In this document: positions 51,379 to 60,616 of the stretch, one piece after another
How positions within the stretch are numbered: position 1 is the stretch's first letter
Layout: every line of letters starts with the position of its first letter
Source: Halorussus marinus
GTDB lineage: Archaea > Halobacteriota > Halobacteria > Halobacteriales > Haladaptataceae
Direction: 5' to 3'
Length of the DNA stretch: 64,000 bases
NCBI RefSeq assembly: GCF_004765795.1
Contig: NZ_SBIV01000005.1
Coordinates: 1 to 64,000, forward strand
Notes under the pieces: model-generated
What the model was told of the DNA's origin: nothing
The model's input: the letters and a program-made list of their open reading frames with translations, nothing else
Databases searched by the model: none
Translations under genes and position numbers: made by a program

Positions 51379-51975
51379 ATGGCAGAGCCAGACTACGACG
51401 CGCAGGTCCGCTCCGCGCTCCCGGAGCTCGCCGACATCGACGATCCGGCGCTCCGCGACCGAGTCGTCGAGGCGTGGACGCTCGGCCTCGAACGCGGCGG
51501 CTGGCGCGACGTTCACGACGTCCCCTACGCGTGGAACATTCAGGAGGTCTCGAACGTCGAGCACGTCCGCGGGGTGACCCGCATCGCGGTCGCGTCGGCC
51601 GCCGAACAGCGGGAGTTCCACGGCGCGGACCCCGACCTCGACGTGATCCGTGCGGCCTGTCTGCTCCACGACGTGGGCAAGTGCTACGAGTACGTCGACC
51701 ACGTCGACGACGAGACGCTCGGGGAGCCGGACCCGACCTACGCCGGCGAGGAGATCCCCCACTCGCTGTCGGGGTACGCGCTGGCCCACGAGGTCGGCTG
51801 TCCGCTCGCGGTCCAGCGTGCCATCCCACACTTCCTCGGGGAAGTCCCCGACCGCACCCTCGAAGCCGAACTGGTCAAGAGCGCCAACGCCGCGAGTTCG
51901 AACGCGATCACCCAGTCGGCGATGGGGATCACGCTCGAAGAGTGGGTCCGGACGTACAGCCAGACGACCGACTGA
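51379..51975 (+). CDS. HD-domain protein
   Basis: EHVRGV, LLHDVGK, PHSLSG, IPH. Confidence 0.85.
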   Translation: MAEPDYDAQVRSALPELADIDDPALRDRVVEAWTLGLERGGWRDVHDVPYAWNIQEVSNVEHVRGVTRIAVASAAEQREFHGADPDLDVIRAACLLHDVGKCYEYVDHVDDETLGEPDPTYAGEEIPHSLSGYALAHEVGCPLAVQRAIPHFLGEVPDRTLEAELVKSANAASSNAITQSAMGITLEEWVRTYSQTTD

Positions 51976-52075
51976 GCGCCCCTCGGCGCCGTTCGGCGGG
52001 GTCGACCCCGCGAGGTCGTGTCGTCTGGCGCCGAATGCAGAAGCCATTAGCCCCCGCCGAGCCAACGTCGGAACC

Positions 52076-53086
52076 ATGAACGACCTTCTGGTCCGGGCCG
52101 CTCGCGGCGAGCGGACCGAACGCCCGCCGGTGTGGCTGATGCGACAGGCCGGCCGGTACATCCCCGAGTACCGCGAGATTCGCGCCGACTACACGTTCAA
52201 GGAGGCCATCTCGACCCCCGAGGTGGCCGAGCGAATCACCCTGCTCCCGTGGGAGATCTTCGAGCCCGACGGGCTGGTGATGTTCTCGGACATCCTGACC
52301 GTCCTCGAACCGCTCGGGCTCGACTACCGCATCGAGAGCGGTGTCGGCCCGGTGATCGCCGACCCCGTCGAGGGTCCCGACGACGTGCCCGCGGGTCACG
52401 CCGACGTCCGCGAGGAACTCGACTACGTCGGCGCGCTCCTCGAACGCCTCGATGACAGCGTCGGCGACCGGACGAGCCTCATCGGCTTCGCCGGCGGGCC
52501 GTTCACGCTCGCGGCGTACGCGGTTGCCGGCGAGCCAGCCGGCAAGAAACAGCTCCCGATCCGGCGCTTCCGGGTCGAGCACCCCGACGCGTTCGCCGAG
52601 TTGCTCGAACGCTTCGCCGACGTGGTCGTCGACTATCTGGAGTTTCAGGTCGAGGCGGGCGCCGACGTGATCCAGCTGTTCGACACCTACGCCGGCCTGC
52701 TGACCCCCGACGACTACGCCGCGTTCGTCCAGCCGCTCCACCGGCGCATCTTCGAGGCCGTCGACGTGCCGTCGATCGTCTTCTCGCGGAACCCCGGCGG
52801 CAAGCTCGATCTGCTCGCCGACTCGGGCGCGGACGTGGTGAGCCTCGACTGGACCGTGGACGTGGCCGACGCCCGCGCGGAACTCGGCGACGTGCCCGTC
52901 CAGGGGAACCTCGACCCGACGTATCTGCTCGGCGACGAGCAGTTCGTCCGCGAGAAGACCCGCCAAGTCATCGAGAAGGCCGGCCCCGAGGGCCACATCC
53001 TGAACCTCGGCCACGGCATCAACCGGAACACGCCGGTCGAGAACGCGACGGCGTTCGTCGAGACCGCGAAGGAAGTCGAGCGGTAA
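52076..53086 (+). CDS. hemE: Uroporphyrinogen decarboxylase
   Basis: PVWLMRQAGRY, FSDIL, GFAGGPFT, QLFD, QGNLDP, NLGHG. Confidence 0.96.
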   Translation: MNDLLVRAARGERTERPPVWLMRQAGRYIPEYREIRADYTFKEAISTPEVAERITLLPWEIFEPDGLVMFSDILTVLEPLGLDYRIESGVGPVIADPVEGPDDVPAGHADVREELDYVGALLERLDDSVGDRTSLIGFAGGPFTLAAYAVAGEPAGKKQLPIRRFRVEHPDAFAELLERFADVVVDYLEFQVEAGADVIQLFDTYAGLLTPDDYAAFVQPLHRRIFEAVDVPSIVFSRNPGGKLDLLADSGADVVSLDWTVDVADARAELGDVPVQGNLDPTYLLGDEQFVREKTRQVIEKAGPEGHILNLGHGINRNTPVENATAFVETAKEVER

Positions 53087-54376
53087 TTACCCCCGCTCGC
53101 GGAGCTCGAGTTCCACGGTGTCGGCGGGGGCCAGCGTCATCGACGCCACGAGATCCAGTTCCGCGGGCGCCGCGGTTCGGACTCGGAACCGCCGGAGCAC
53201 ACTCGCGAGCACGAGGCGGGCCTCGACCAGTGCGAACCGGCGGCCGATGCACTGGCGCGGGCCGCCGCCGAACGGGAAGTAGGCGTACGCCGGCCGCTCG
53301 TCGTCGATCCACCGCTCGGGTCGGAACGCCTCTGGGTCGTCGTAGAACGCCGGTCGACGGTGGGTCGCCCACTGCGAGCACAGGACCAACGCGCCCGCGG
53401 GCACGTCGCACCCCGCGACCGCGTCGTCGCCGACCGCTTCCCGCATCACCACGGGGACCGGCGGATAGAGCCGCATCGCCTCCCGAATCGCACGATCGGT
53501 CCGCGGCAGGTCGTCGCCGAGCGCGGGTGGCCGGTCGAGGTCGCGGATCTCGTCGGCGACCCGGGCCTGTTCGTCGGGATGGGTCCCGAGCAGGAACAGC
53601 GCGTACGTCAGCGCCAGCGCCGTCGTCTCGTGGCCCGCGAGCAGGAACGTTATCAACTGGTCGCGGATCTCTTCGTCGCCCGCGCCGGACTCGACGAGCG
53701 TCGAGAGCAGGTCGTCGTCCCCCTCGCCGCTCCGACGGGAGTCCGCGAGGTCGGCGACGAACGATTCGAGGCGCGCGACCGCCCTACGGTAGCGCCTGTT
53801 CCGCGCCGTCGGAACCCAGTCGGGGACGTAAAACGGCGTCCTCGAATCGGGCGCGAACCGGTCAGTCACGGCCGCCGCGGCCTCTCTGACCTCAGTGGCG
53901 TCCCGCAGGTCGGCGCCGAACAGAACCTGCCCGAGCACGTCGAGAGTGAGGGCGGGCAGCGCCTCGGTCGCGTCGATCGAGCCGCGATCGGCCCATCGGT
54001 CGAGGTGACGAGAGGTGCACTCGACCATCGTCTCGGCGTAGCTCGCGATCCGACCCGGATAGAACGCGGGCTGAATTCGGTCGCGCTGGCGGCTCCACTG
54101 CTCGCCCTCGCTGATCAGCAGGCCGTCCCCGAGCAGTCCCTCCAGTTCCCGCTTCTGGAACTCGCCCTTGCGGTAGTTGTCGGCGTTGCTCGCGAGAACG
54201 CGCTCGATCGCCGCGGGATCGGCGAGCAACACCGCGTCCCGCTTTATCGCCGACAGGCGAACGGCGCCGCCGTACTCGGCGACGGTTCGCTCCACGAACC
54301 CGAGGGGGTCGCGAGCGTAGTCGTAGGCGTGACCGATCACCGGGAGACCGGGAGGGGCGTCTCGTGACTCGCTCAT
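53087..54376 (-). CDS. Cytochrome P450
   Basis: AGHETT, EAMRLYPP, FRPERW, FGGGPRQCIG. Confidence 0.96.
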   Translation of the reverse strand: MSESRDAPPGLPVIGHAYDYARDPLGFVERTVAEYGGAVRLSAIKRDAVLLADPAAIERVLASNADNYRKGEFQKRELEGLLGDGLLISEGEQWSRQRDRIQPAFYPGRIASYAETMVECTSRHLDRWADRGSIDATEALPALTLDVLGQVLFGADLRDATEVREAAAAVTDRFAPDSRTPFYVPDWVPTARNRRYRRAVARLESFVADLADSRRSGEGDDDLLSTLVESGAGDEEIRDQLITFLLAGHETTALALTYALFLLGTHPDEQARVADEIRDLDRPPALGDDLPRTDRAIREAMRLYPPVPVVMREAVGDDAVAGCDVPAGALVLCSQWATHRRPAFYDDPEAFRPERWIDDERPAYAYFPFGGGPRQCIGRRFALVEARLVLASVLRRFRVRTAAPAELDLVASMTLAPADTVELELRERG

Positions 54377-54459
54377 ACGCGGACGTAATCGCGTCCGGTG
54401 GGAGGGCGTGCTGCCGAGTATAGCCGGTTATTTATATACATCCAACGATGGGTTGCCCG

Positions 54460-55119
54460 ATGAAACGCGCTCGACTCCGCGTCCGCCCGCCGCGTTCGGC
54501 GACCAGCCCGGTCCACGGCGCGGTCCAATCGACCGACGGGCTCGGCGTGGCGACACTGCTCTCGGGCGGCATCGACCCCGACGATCCCACGGAGTTGTTC
54601 TCGATCGCGGGCGGGGAGGCCGCGGTCCGGGCCGCCCTCGCCGACTGCGAGAGGGTTCGGTCGTTCGACGTGACGACGGTCGAAGCGGACGCGACGTACG
54701 TCTACGTTCGGGAGGACGGACGGGACGACCAGCGGAAGTTCGCGGAGCTGTTTACCGCCGGAACGCTGGTCGCCACGCTCCCGATTCGCTACCGTCCCGA
54801 CGGCCGGGTCGAACTCACGCTCGTCGGCGCGAGCGACGACCTCCGCTCCGCGGTGGAGCGCGCAAGCGACCTCGCGGAAGTGACGGTGGCGACCGTCGGC
54901 GACGGATGGACCGGCGGCGAGCCGAGTCGGCACCTCACCGATCGCCAGCACGAGGTCCTGGAGGCCGCCTCGGCCCTCGGTTACTACGACAACCCGCGGG
55001 GAGCAACCCAAGACGAGGTCGCCGCCGAACTCGACCTCGCGCCGAGCACGGTCGCCGAGCACCTTCGGAAGGCGGAGTCACGGCTGGTCGCCGACGCGCT
55101 CGACGCGGGCCCCGAGTAA
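54460..55119 (+). CDS. Bat-like HTH-10 regulator divergent from the P450
   Basis: LTDRQHEVLEAA..LGYYDNPR...EHLRKAE; TTTATATA about 26 nt upstream of ATG 54460. Confidence 0.9.
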   Translation: MKRARLRVRPPRSATSPVHGAVQSTDGLGVATLLSGGIDPDDPTELFSIAGGEAAVRAALADCERVRSFDVTTVEADATYVYVREDGRDDQRKFAELFTAGTLVATLPIRYRPDGRVELTLVGASDDLRSAVERASDLAEVTVATVGDGWTGGEPSRHLTDRQHEVLEAASALGYYDNPRGATQDEVAAELDLAPSTVAEHLRKAESRLVADALDAGPE

Positions 55120-55128
55120 GGGCGCAGC

Positions 55129-56433
55129 TCACTCTCCGGCGAGTTCGGCGGCCAGCGAGGCGGCCTCTCGGACCCTGCTCGGCACGCCCATCCGGTCGGT
55201 GTAGTTGGTCGCGAGCCGGACGCCCTCGGGGAGTTCGACCCGGTCGAGCGCGGTCCACGAGTCGTCGTAGGCCGGGAACCCGCGCCGGTGGCGGTGGACT
55301 TCGACGACCTCGGTCGGCGCGCCCGTCACCTGCTCGAACTCGGCGGCCGCGATCTCGCCGAGCGTCTCGTCGCTCTCGTCGAGGATCTCTGGGTCGTGCA
55401 TCCCGCCGAGGAAGGCGGTCACGACCTCGCGGTCGAACATGCTCGCGTTCCACGAGGCCCCCAGCGTCCGGAGATCCTCGCCGAAGCCGACCTGATAGCC
55501 CAGGGCGTCGGGGTCTACGTCGCCGTCGGCGAGGTCGGCTTCGAGCGCGACCATCCCGAGGCGGTTGTACCTGAGTTCCCGGAGCGCGTCGGCCGACGCT
55601 GGCGCGAGGTCGGCGACGAGGTCGGCGGTCAGGTCCGCGGGCGTCGTCACCACGACCTCGTCGAACGCGGTCGTACCCTCCGGCGTCTCGACGGCGTATC
55701 GGCCGCCGTCGGTCTCTCGGACGGCCGTCACCGGGGTGTCGAGCCGGACGACCTCGTCGTGGGCGGCCGCCAGCGCCTCGGGGAGCCGCTGGAGGCCGTC
55801 GTCGAACGAGATCGCCGGCGGGGTCGCTCTTCCGCCCGCCGTGCGCGCGATCGCGGCCTTCAACAGGCTGTCGTGGCGCGCTTCGAGCTTCAGCAGTCCC
55901 GAGAGGGCGTACCGGGCCGGCATCGCGTCGGGGTCCGAGCCGTAGATGCCGCCGAACAGCGGTCCGAGCAGGTTCCGGTAGGTCTCGGCGCCGAACTTCC
56001 GGACGAACAGTTCGCCCGCCGACTCCTCGGGGTCGCCGGGGTCGGTGAACGGCTCGGCGAGCACCTCGCGCTTTGCCTCGGCCGACAGCAGGTCGGTCTC
56101 GCCGAACGCCGCCATCGAGAACGGCGCGGCGTGGAGGTCGCCGTCGGCGTAGACGCAGACCGGCAGGTCGGGGTCGGCGGTCCGGACCTCGTCGTCGAGT
56201 CCGAGGGCCTCGATCAGGTCGTCGATCCGGTCGGTCCGCCGGATTCGCTGTGGCCCCCACTCGATCACGCGGCCGTCGACGCGCTCGCTCCGGATCGCGC
56301 CGCCGGGGTCGGGCGCGGCCTCGAAGACGACGGCCTCGACGCCCTCGCGGTCGAGGTAGTGGGCGAGCGCCAATCCCGTGATGCCGCCGCCGACGACGCC
56401 GACCGACGGCTCCGACCCGCCGCCGGCGCTCAT
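55129..56433 (-). CDS. hemG: Proto/coproporphyrinogen oxidase (HemY type)
   Basis: VVGGGITGL FAD motif, EWGP, GGIYGSD, SFDDGLQRL; coupled to hemH. Confidence 0.9.
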   Translation of the reverse strand: MSAGGGSEPSVGVVGGGITGLALAHYLDREGVEAVVFEAAPDPGGAIRSERVDGRVIEWGPQRIRRTDRIDDLIEALGLDDEVRTADPDLPVCVYADGDLHAAPFSMAAFGETDLLSAEAKREVLAEPFTDPGDPEESAGELFVRKFGAETYRNLLGPLFGGIYGSDPDAMPARYALSGLLKLEARHDSLLKAAIARTAGGRATPPAISFDDGLQRLPEALAAAHDEVVRLDTPVTAVRETDGGRYAVETPEGTTAFDEVVVTTPADLTADLVADLAPASADALRELRYNRLGMVALEADLADGDVDPDALGYQVGFGEDLRTLGASWNASMFDREVVTAFLGGMHDPEILDESDETLGEIAAAEFEQVTGAPTEVVEVHRHRRGFPAYDDSWTALDRVELPEGVRLATNYTDRMGVPSRVREAASLAAELAGE

Positions 56434-57473
56434 CGGGGCGCGTTCAGACACATCGCGTTCGGCGAGTCGGCGCACTGACACTGCCGGAACTGGTAGTAGC
56501 CGGGGTCGAACTCGCCGACGAACGGCTCGACGATGTCGCCCAGGACCTCGCCGAACCGATCGTCGTCGTGGGGGACCGGGACCCGATAGAAGTCCAGCCC
56601 GAGCTCGGCGGCCTCCTCGGCGAGCTCGTCGTCGAGCTCCGAGAGGGTCTCGCTTTGCTCGTGCATGAAGCTGATCGGCTCGACCACCACGCGGTCGGCC
56701 TCGACGGTCTCGATGGCGTCCTCGACGTCGGGCTCGGTCCACGGGATGTCGCGGTTCTCGTGGTTCTGGAACCCGAGGGTGTACGAGTCGACCCCGAGCT
56801 TGCGGGCGATCACCTCGCAGAACTCCTCGACGTAGGTGTCGTACCGGCTCCCCTCGTCGAGGTAGTGACGCGGGGTGCCGTGGGCCGAGTAGAGCAACTC
56901 GGTGTCCTCGTCGGTCAGATCCAGCCCGTGGGCGTCGGCGAACCGCCGGACGTTGTCGGCCCGGATCTCGTTGTACAGCGGGTGGCGGTGCCAGCCCGTG
57001 ATCTCGGCGACGTCGACGTCCCAGTCGCGCTCGTCGACCGCGCCGGTGAGTTCTTCGAGCGCCGCGACGGTCGTCGAGGCCCCACAGAGGGGGTAGACCG
57101 GGAGCCCGACCAGCTGGTCGACCCCGTCCTCGCGGGCGGCCGCCACCGCGTCGTCGATGAACGGTTCGGTGAACTGCATTCCGATGTACGTCTCGACGTC
57201 GTAGCCCCGGTCGTCGAGCTCGGCGGCCAGCGCGTCGGCTTGGGCCTCGGCCTGCGGGTTCAGCGGCGACCCGCCGATCTCCTCGTACTCCTCGATGAGC
57301 CCGGCGGCGCGGCGCTCGGCGAGCTGGCGGGCCCGCTCGCGGGCCTCCTCCTCGGTGTCGGCCTCTTCGAGCGAGGCGTTGTTCAGAAAGATGCGTTCGA
57401 GGTACGCGACGACGTTCTCTCGGGTCGGTTCGGACGGCTCTCCGAAGTTGAGGACGACGACCCCTGTTGTCAT
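56430..57473 (-). CDS. hemH: Ferrochelatase
   Basis: LNFGEP, IGGSPL, SAHG, WTEP, EQSETL.ELD. Confidence 0.93.
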   Translation of the reverse strand: MTTGVVVLNFGEPSEPTRENVVAYLERIFLNNASLEEADTEEEARERARQLAERRAAGLIEEYEEIGGSPLNPQAEAQADALAAELDDRGYDVETYIGMQFTEPFIDDAVAAAREDGVDQLVGLPVYPLCGASTTVAALEELTGAVDERDWDVDVAEITGWHRHPLYNEIRADNVRRFADAHGLDLTDEDTELLYSAHGTPRHYLDEGSRYDTYVEEFCEVIARKLGVDSYTLGFQNHENRDIPWTEPDVEDAIETVEADRVVVEPISFMHEQSETLSELDDELAEEAAELGLDFYRVPVPHDDDRFGEVLGDIVEPFVGEFDPGYYQFRQCQCADSPNAMCLNAPR

Positions 57474-57619
57474 AGTTGAGTCTTGGACGGCGTCGTTGAA
57501 TACCTGTCGCTTGCCTACCGCGGTCCCGGTCGGCGCCACCCCTATCGTTCGTCGGAGTTGCGGCTGATTCTATGTCGTACCTTTATTGTGAACCAGTCGC
57601 ATTCCTCGGACAAAGTGAT

Positions 57620-58351
57620 ATGACGATTTCTACAATCGTCGACGACGTAACCGGGAGCTCGCAGACGCTTACCGTCTACGATCCGAGCGATCCGAACGCG
57701 GTCTCACAGATCGCCGACTACTTCGAGGTCCAGAACGTGACCGTCGAGGAGGCCGAGACCGCGGACGGACCCGAGGGCTTCGCGGTGCTCCACGACGAGG
57801 GGGAGTTTCTGGCGGCCGCGGACGTAGAGGAGCTTCGGGCGGCGGTCACGCTCGATTCGGGAGTGCTCGACGCGGCCGGCTTCGACGAACTCGCCTACCC
57901 CGACCTGATCGGCGCGGTCGACGACAAGACGTTCACGGCGTACGGCAAGCGCCAGATGATCCTCGCGTCTCGCGAGGTCGAAGAGCGATCGTGGTACGCC
58001 CGGGGCGGCGAACTCCACTCGGGGTTCCAGCGCCTCTCGCTGCTGGCCGAGCAGTGGGACCTCTACACCCGGATCGCGGACCGCGGGGTCGACGTCCACG
58101 TCTACGGCGAACCCGACTGGGAGCCGCCGGCGAACGACTCGATCACCGTCCACGCCAGCGACGACGCCGAGATCCGGGACGCGTGGTTCGTGGCGTTCGA
58201 GTCGCCCGAGCCCGACGGCGACTGCGCGCTGGTCGCCGACGAGCGCGAACCGAACGTCTTCTGCGGGTTCTGGACGTTCGACGACGGCGTCGTCGCCGAC
58301 GTGTTCGACCACCTCCGCGAGGAGTACGGCCGGCGTCGAGTGTCGAACTGA
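57620..58351 (+). CDS. DICT sensory domain protein
   Basis: ASREVEERSW, GFQRLS, VHVYG, WFVAF, GFWTFD. Confidence 0.85.
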   Translation: MTISTIVDDVTGSSQTLTVYDPSDPNAVSQIADYFEVQNVTVEEAETADGPEGFAVLHDEGEFLAAADVEELRAAVTLDSGVLDAAGFDELAYPDLIGAVDDKTFTAYGKRQMILASREVEERSWYARGGELHSGFQRLSLLAEQWDLYTRIADRGVDVHVYGEPDWEPPANDSITVHASDDAEIRDAWFVAFESPEPDGDCALVADEREPNVFCGFWTFDDGVVADVFDHLREEYGRRRVSN

Positions 58352-58543
58352 GCCACGGTCCCGGAACCCGACGCTAATTCGACGTTCCGGTCCGAGTAGC
58401 GGCCGTCGACGCTCCTCGGACGCCGCCGATCGGTGCGGGAAGCGGGTCTGAAGGCGACGTCTCAATAGCGCTCCGGAGTGCTCCCCGGCGGTACGGACCA
58501 CCCGTAAGGTGGATTGAAGCCCCCGCAGGCCGTCTGAATCGGT

Positions 58544-58687
58544 ATGCCCGCAGAATCGGACTCGGGTCGAGACGACCGGCGAGTCGAGCGACTGTTCGGA
58601 TCGCTCCCGCACATCCGTGTATCGCGCCTGCCCGACGAGGACAGCGAGTCCAGCGTCGCGGACCCAGACGCGTCCGGCCCGCGATGA
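58544..58687 (+). CDS. Possible 47-aa small protein
   Basis: MPAESDSGRDDRRVERLFGSLPHIRVSRLPDE...; TTGAAG about 27 nt upstream. Confidence 0.3.
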   Translation: MPAESDSGRDDRRVERLFGSLPHIRVSRLPDEDSESSVADPDASGPR

Positions 58688-58711
58688 GCGGGCGACCGCG
58701 ACGGTAGTCGC

Positions 58712-59458
58712 TCAGACGTGGGGCTCGAAGACGTCCGACCGGAGGCGGCCGTGGACCGTCTCCAGTAGCGTTCGGAGGTTCTCGGCGTCCTCGCGGTTGT
58801 ACCGGACGAGGCGGTCGAGCGCGGCGTCGTCTTCCTCGCGGTCGTAGCGGTGCCAGAGCCGGACCGCCTCCCGGCCGTCGACGTCCTCGTCGTCGCGCTC
58901 GATGCCCAGATCGCTCTCGACGGCCTTGAGCCCGCCCGAGAGGCCGACCTGCTTGCAGAGGTACAGCAGATCGAGGTGGGGCGTGGTCACGTCGAGATCG
59001 AAGTTGTCCTCGAGGAACGGCTGGTCGAAGCGCTTGCCGTTGAACGAAACGAGCATGCTCGACTCGGCGAACTCCTCGCGGAGTCGCTCGGCGGTGAGGT
59101 CCTCGCCCTGCACGTACGTCCGGGTGTCGCCGGCGCGGTGGAGGCTCACCGTCGTCACCTCGTGGCGACCGCTGTCGAGGCCGGTGGTCTCGATGTCGAA
59201 AAAGCAGGCGTCGGCCGCGAAGTTGTCGTAGGCCCGCCAGAGGCTCCCGCTGGGCAGGAAGTCGGCGAAAAACGAGGCGTCGGGGTCGTCGAGGTGGTCG
59301 CGGGCGTCGGCGATGAACGTTCGGACGTTCTCGGAGGTCTTGGGCCCGAGGAGTCCGTCCTCGAACTCGTCCCAGTGGGTGACTCCCTGTTGCCAGAGCG
59401 TCCGCTCGGTCTTCTCGCCCACCCCGCGAGCGGGGATGAAGGAGTTCTCCAGTCGCAT
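58712..59458 (-). CDS. RNase H-like (YprB-type) exonuclease domain protein
   Basis: GVGEKTE HhH-like start, FDIETTG, FNGKRFD, GGLK, YNRED. Confidence 0.88.
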   Translation of the reverse strand: MRLENSFIPARGVGEKTERTLWQQGVTHWDEFEDGLLGPKTSENVRTFIADARDHLDDPDASFFADFLPSGSLWRAYDNFAADACFFDIETTGLDSGRHEVTTVSLHRAGDTRTYVQGEDLTAERLREEFAESSMLVSFNGKRFDQPFLEDNFDLDVTTPHLDLLYLCKQVGLSGGLKAVESDLGIERDDEDVDGREAVRLWHRYDREEDDAALDRLVRYNREDAENLRTLLETVHGRLRSDVFEPHV

Positions 59459-59510
59459 GGGTGTGATGGATCGGTCGTCCCTTATAAATCTCTCCGAACC
59501 GGCCGGCCGG

Positions 59511-60161
59511 TCAGTCGGCACTCGCGACCTCCCCGTCGCGATCGGGCTCGGCTTCTGTGGCCTCCGTGAACCGCGCCGGGACGTACGGCCGGGCCGCGTC
59601 CGGGACCAGCGCGACCGTCCGGCGCCACACCCGCGCCAGCGGCTTGCGGACCAGCGCGTAGCTCGCCGAGATCGCCACCGCCCCGGCGACGAACTCCCGG
59701 ACGGGGCTCTCGTGGACCGCGAGTGCCGGGAGCCCGAGCAGGGCCGCGAACGCGGCGTCCTCGGGCGCGCCGTCGTAGCGAATCCAGCGTCGCGGCGGGA
59801 CCCACCGCCCCCGGAAGTGGTCGTACACCGCGCGCTCGGAGGTCCCGCGCCACGGTTCGAGTTCGAGCCCGCCGCCGAGCGCGTCCATCAGCGAGTGGAG
59901 CGCCGCGCCGACGACGAACAGCGCGGCCGCGACGCTCGCGGGCCCGGGGGCCGCGAGCGCGATCCCGATCAGGGGAACCGCGAGAATCGAGTAGTACACC
60001 GGGAAGTGGAGGCGCTTTCGGTGGTCGGCGTAGAGGTCGAAGTCGGGGAACACGCTCCCGAGGACTGCGCCCGCGATCGCGACGACGGTGAACTCGGGGG
60101 CGACGCGCGCGACCGCGGTCGCGAGCGCGACCCCGACCAGCGCGTGGGTGGTCGCCATCAT
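59511..60161 (-). CDS. Membrane metal-dependent hydrolase (YdjM-like)
   Basis: TTH, PDFDL, HRKRLH, HSLMD. Confidence 0.85.
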   Translation of the reverse strand: MMATTHALVGVALATAVARVAPEFTVVAIAGAVLGSVFPDFDLYADHRKRLHFPVYYSILAVPLIGIALAAPGPASVAAALFVVGAALHSLMDALGGGLELEPWRGTSERAVYDHFRGRWVPPRRWIRYDGAPEDAAFAALLGLPALAVHESPVREFVAGAVAISASYALVRKPLARVWRRTVALVPDAARPYVPARFTEATEAEPDRDGEVASAD

Positions 60162-60305
60162 GTACCCGGCGTAGGCGGCGGTCGTATAAACGCCTGACGC
60201 CGGCCGAAATCGGCTCGTCCGTCGGGGAAACTGATCGGCGTCGCCGTCCCGACGACTCCGAATCGGCGTCCAGCGGCGGTCGTTCGGCAATCGTGAGGGG
60301 TCGGC

Positions 60306-60533
60306 CTACGTCGAGGACGGGAGCACGTCTTTTACCGGGTAGAGCTCCTCGTGGATGCCCTCCGCGTCGCAGTCGGCGCTCGGACAGCGGTAGTACCAGC
60401 CGTCGTCGGTCGCCTCGGAGGCCTGAAACCGCTCGCCGCACTTGCCACAGAACAGTCGCGAGTCGAAGTTGTCGGCGTCTCGCGAGAGGTCCACGTCGGC
60501 GGCGGTCTCCCTGCTCTCGAGTAGTTGTTGCAT
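60306..60533 (-). CDS. Small CPxCG-related zinc-finger protein
   Basis: CGKCG...WYYRCPSADC. Confidence 0.75.
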   Translation of the reverse strand: MQQLLESRETAADVDLSRDADNFDSRLFCGKCGERFQASEATDDGWYYRCPSADCDAEGIHEELYPVKDVLPSST

Positions 60534-60616
60534 ACGCTCACTTCCACCCCATAATACATAAGCCCCACCGATTCGGGGCGTTCCCCGCCGCTGGCGGCGG
60601 TGGCGGCGCTCCGGCG

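Noticed and set aside
57615..57623. GTG-ATA-TGA two-codon uORF overlapping the DICT gene start
   Set aside because: Too short to distinguish from chance.
58352..58543. Structured ncRNA (SRP or RNase P) in the intergenic gap
   Set aside because: Only a small hairpin (CCACC..GGTGG) is visible; no SRP or RNase P signature motifs were recognised.
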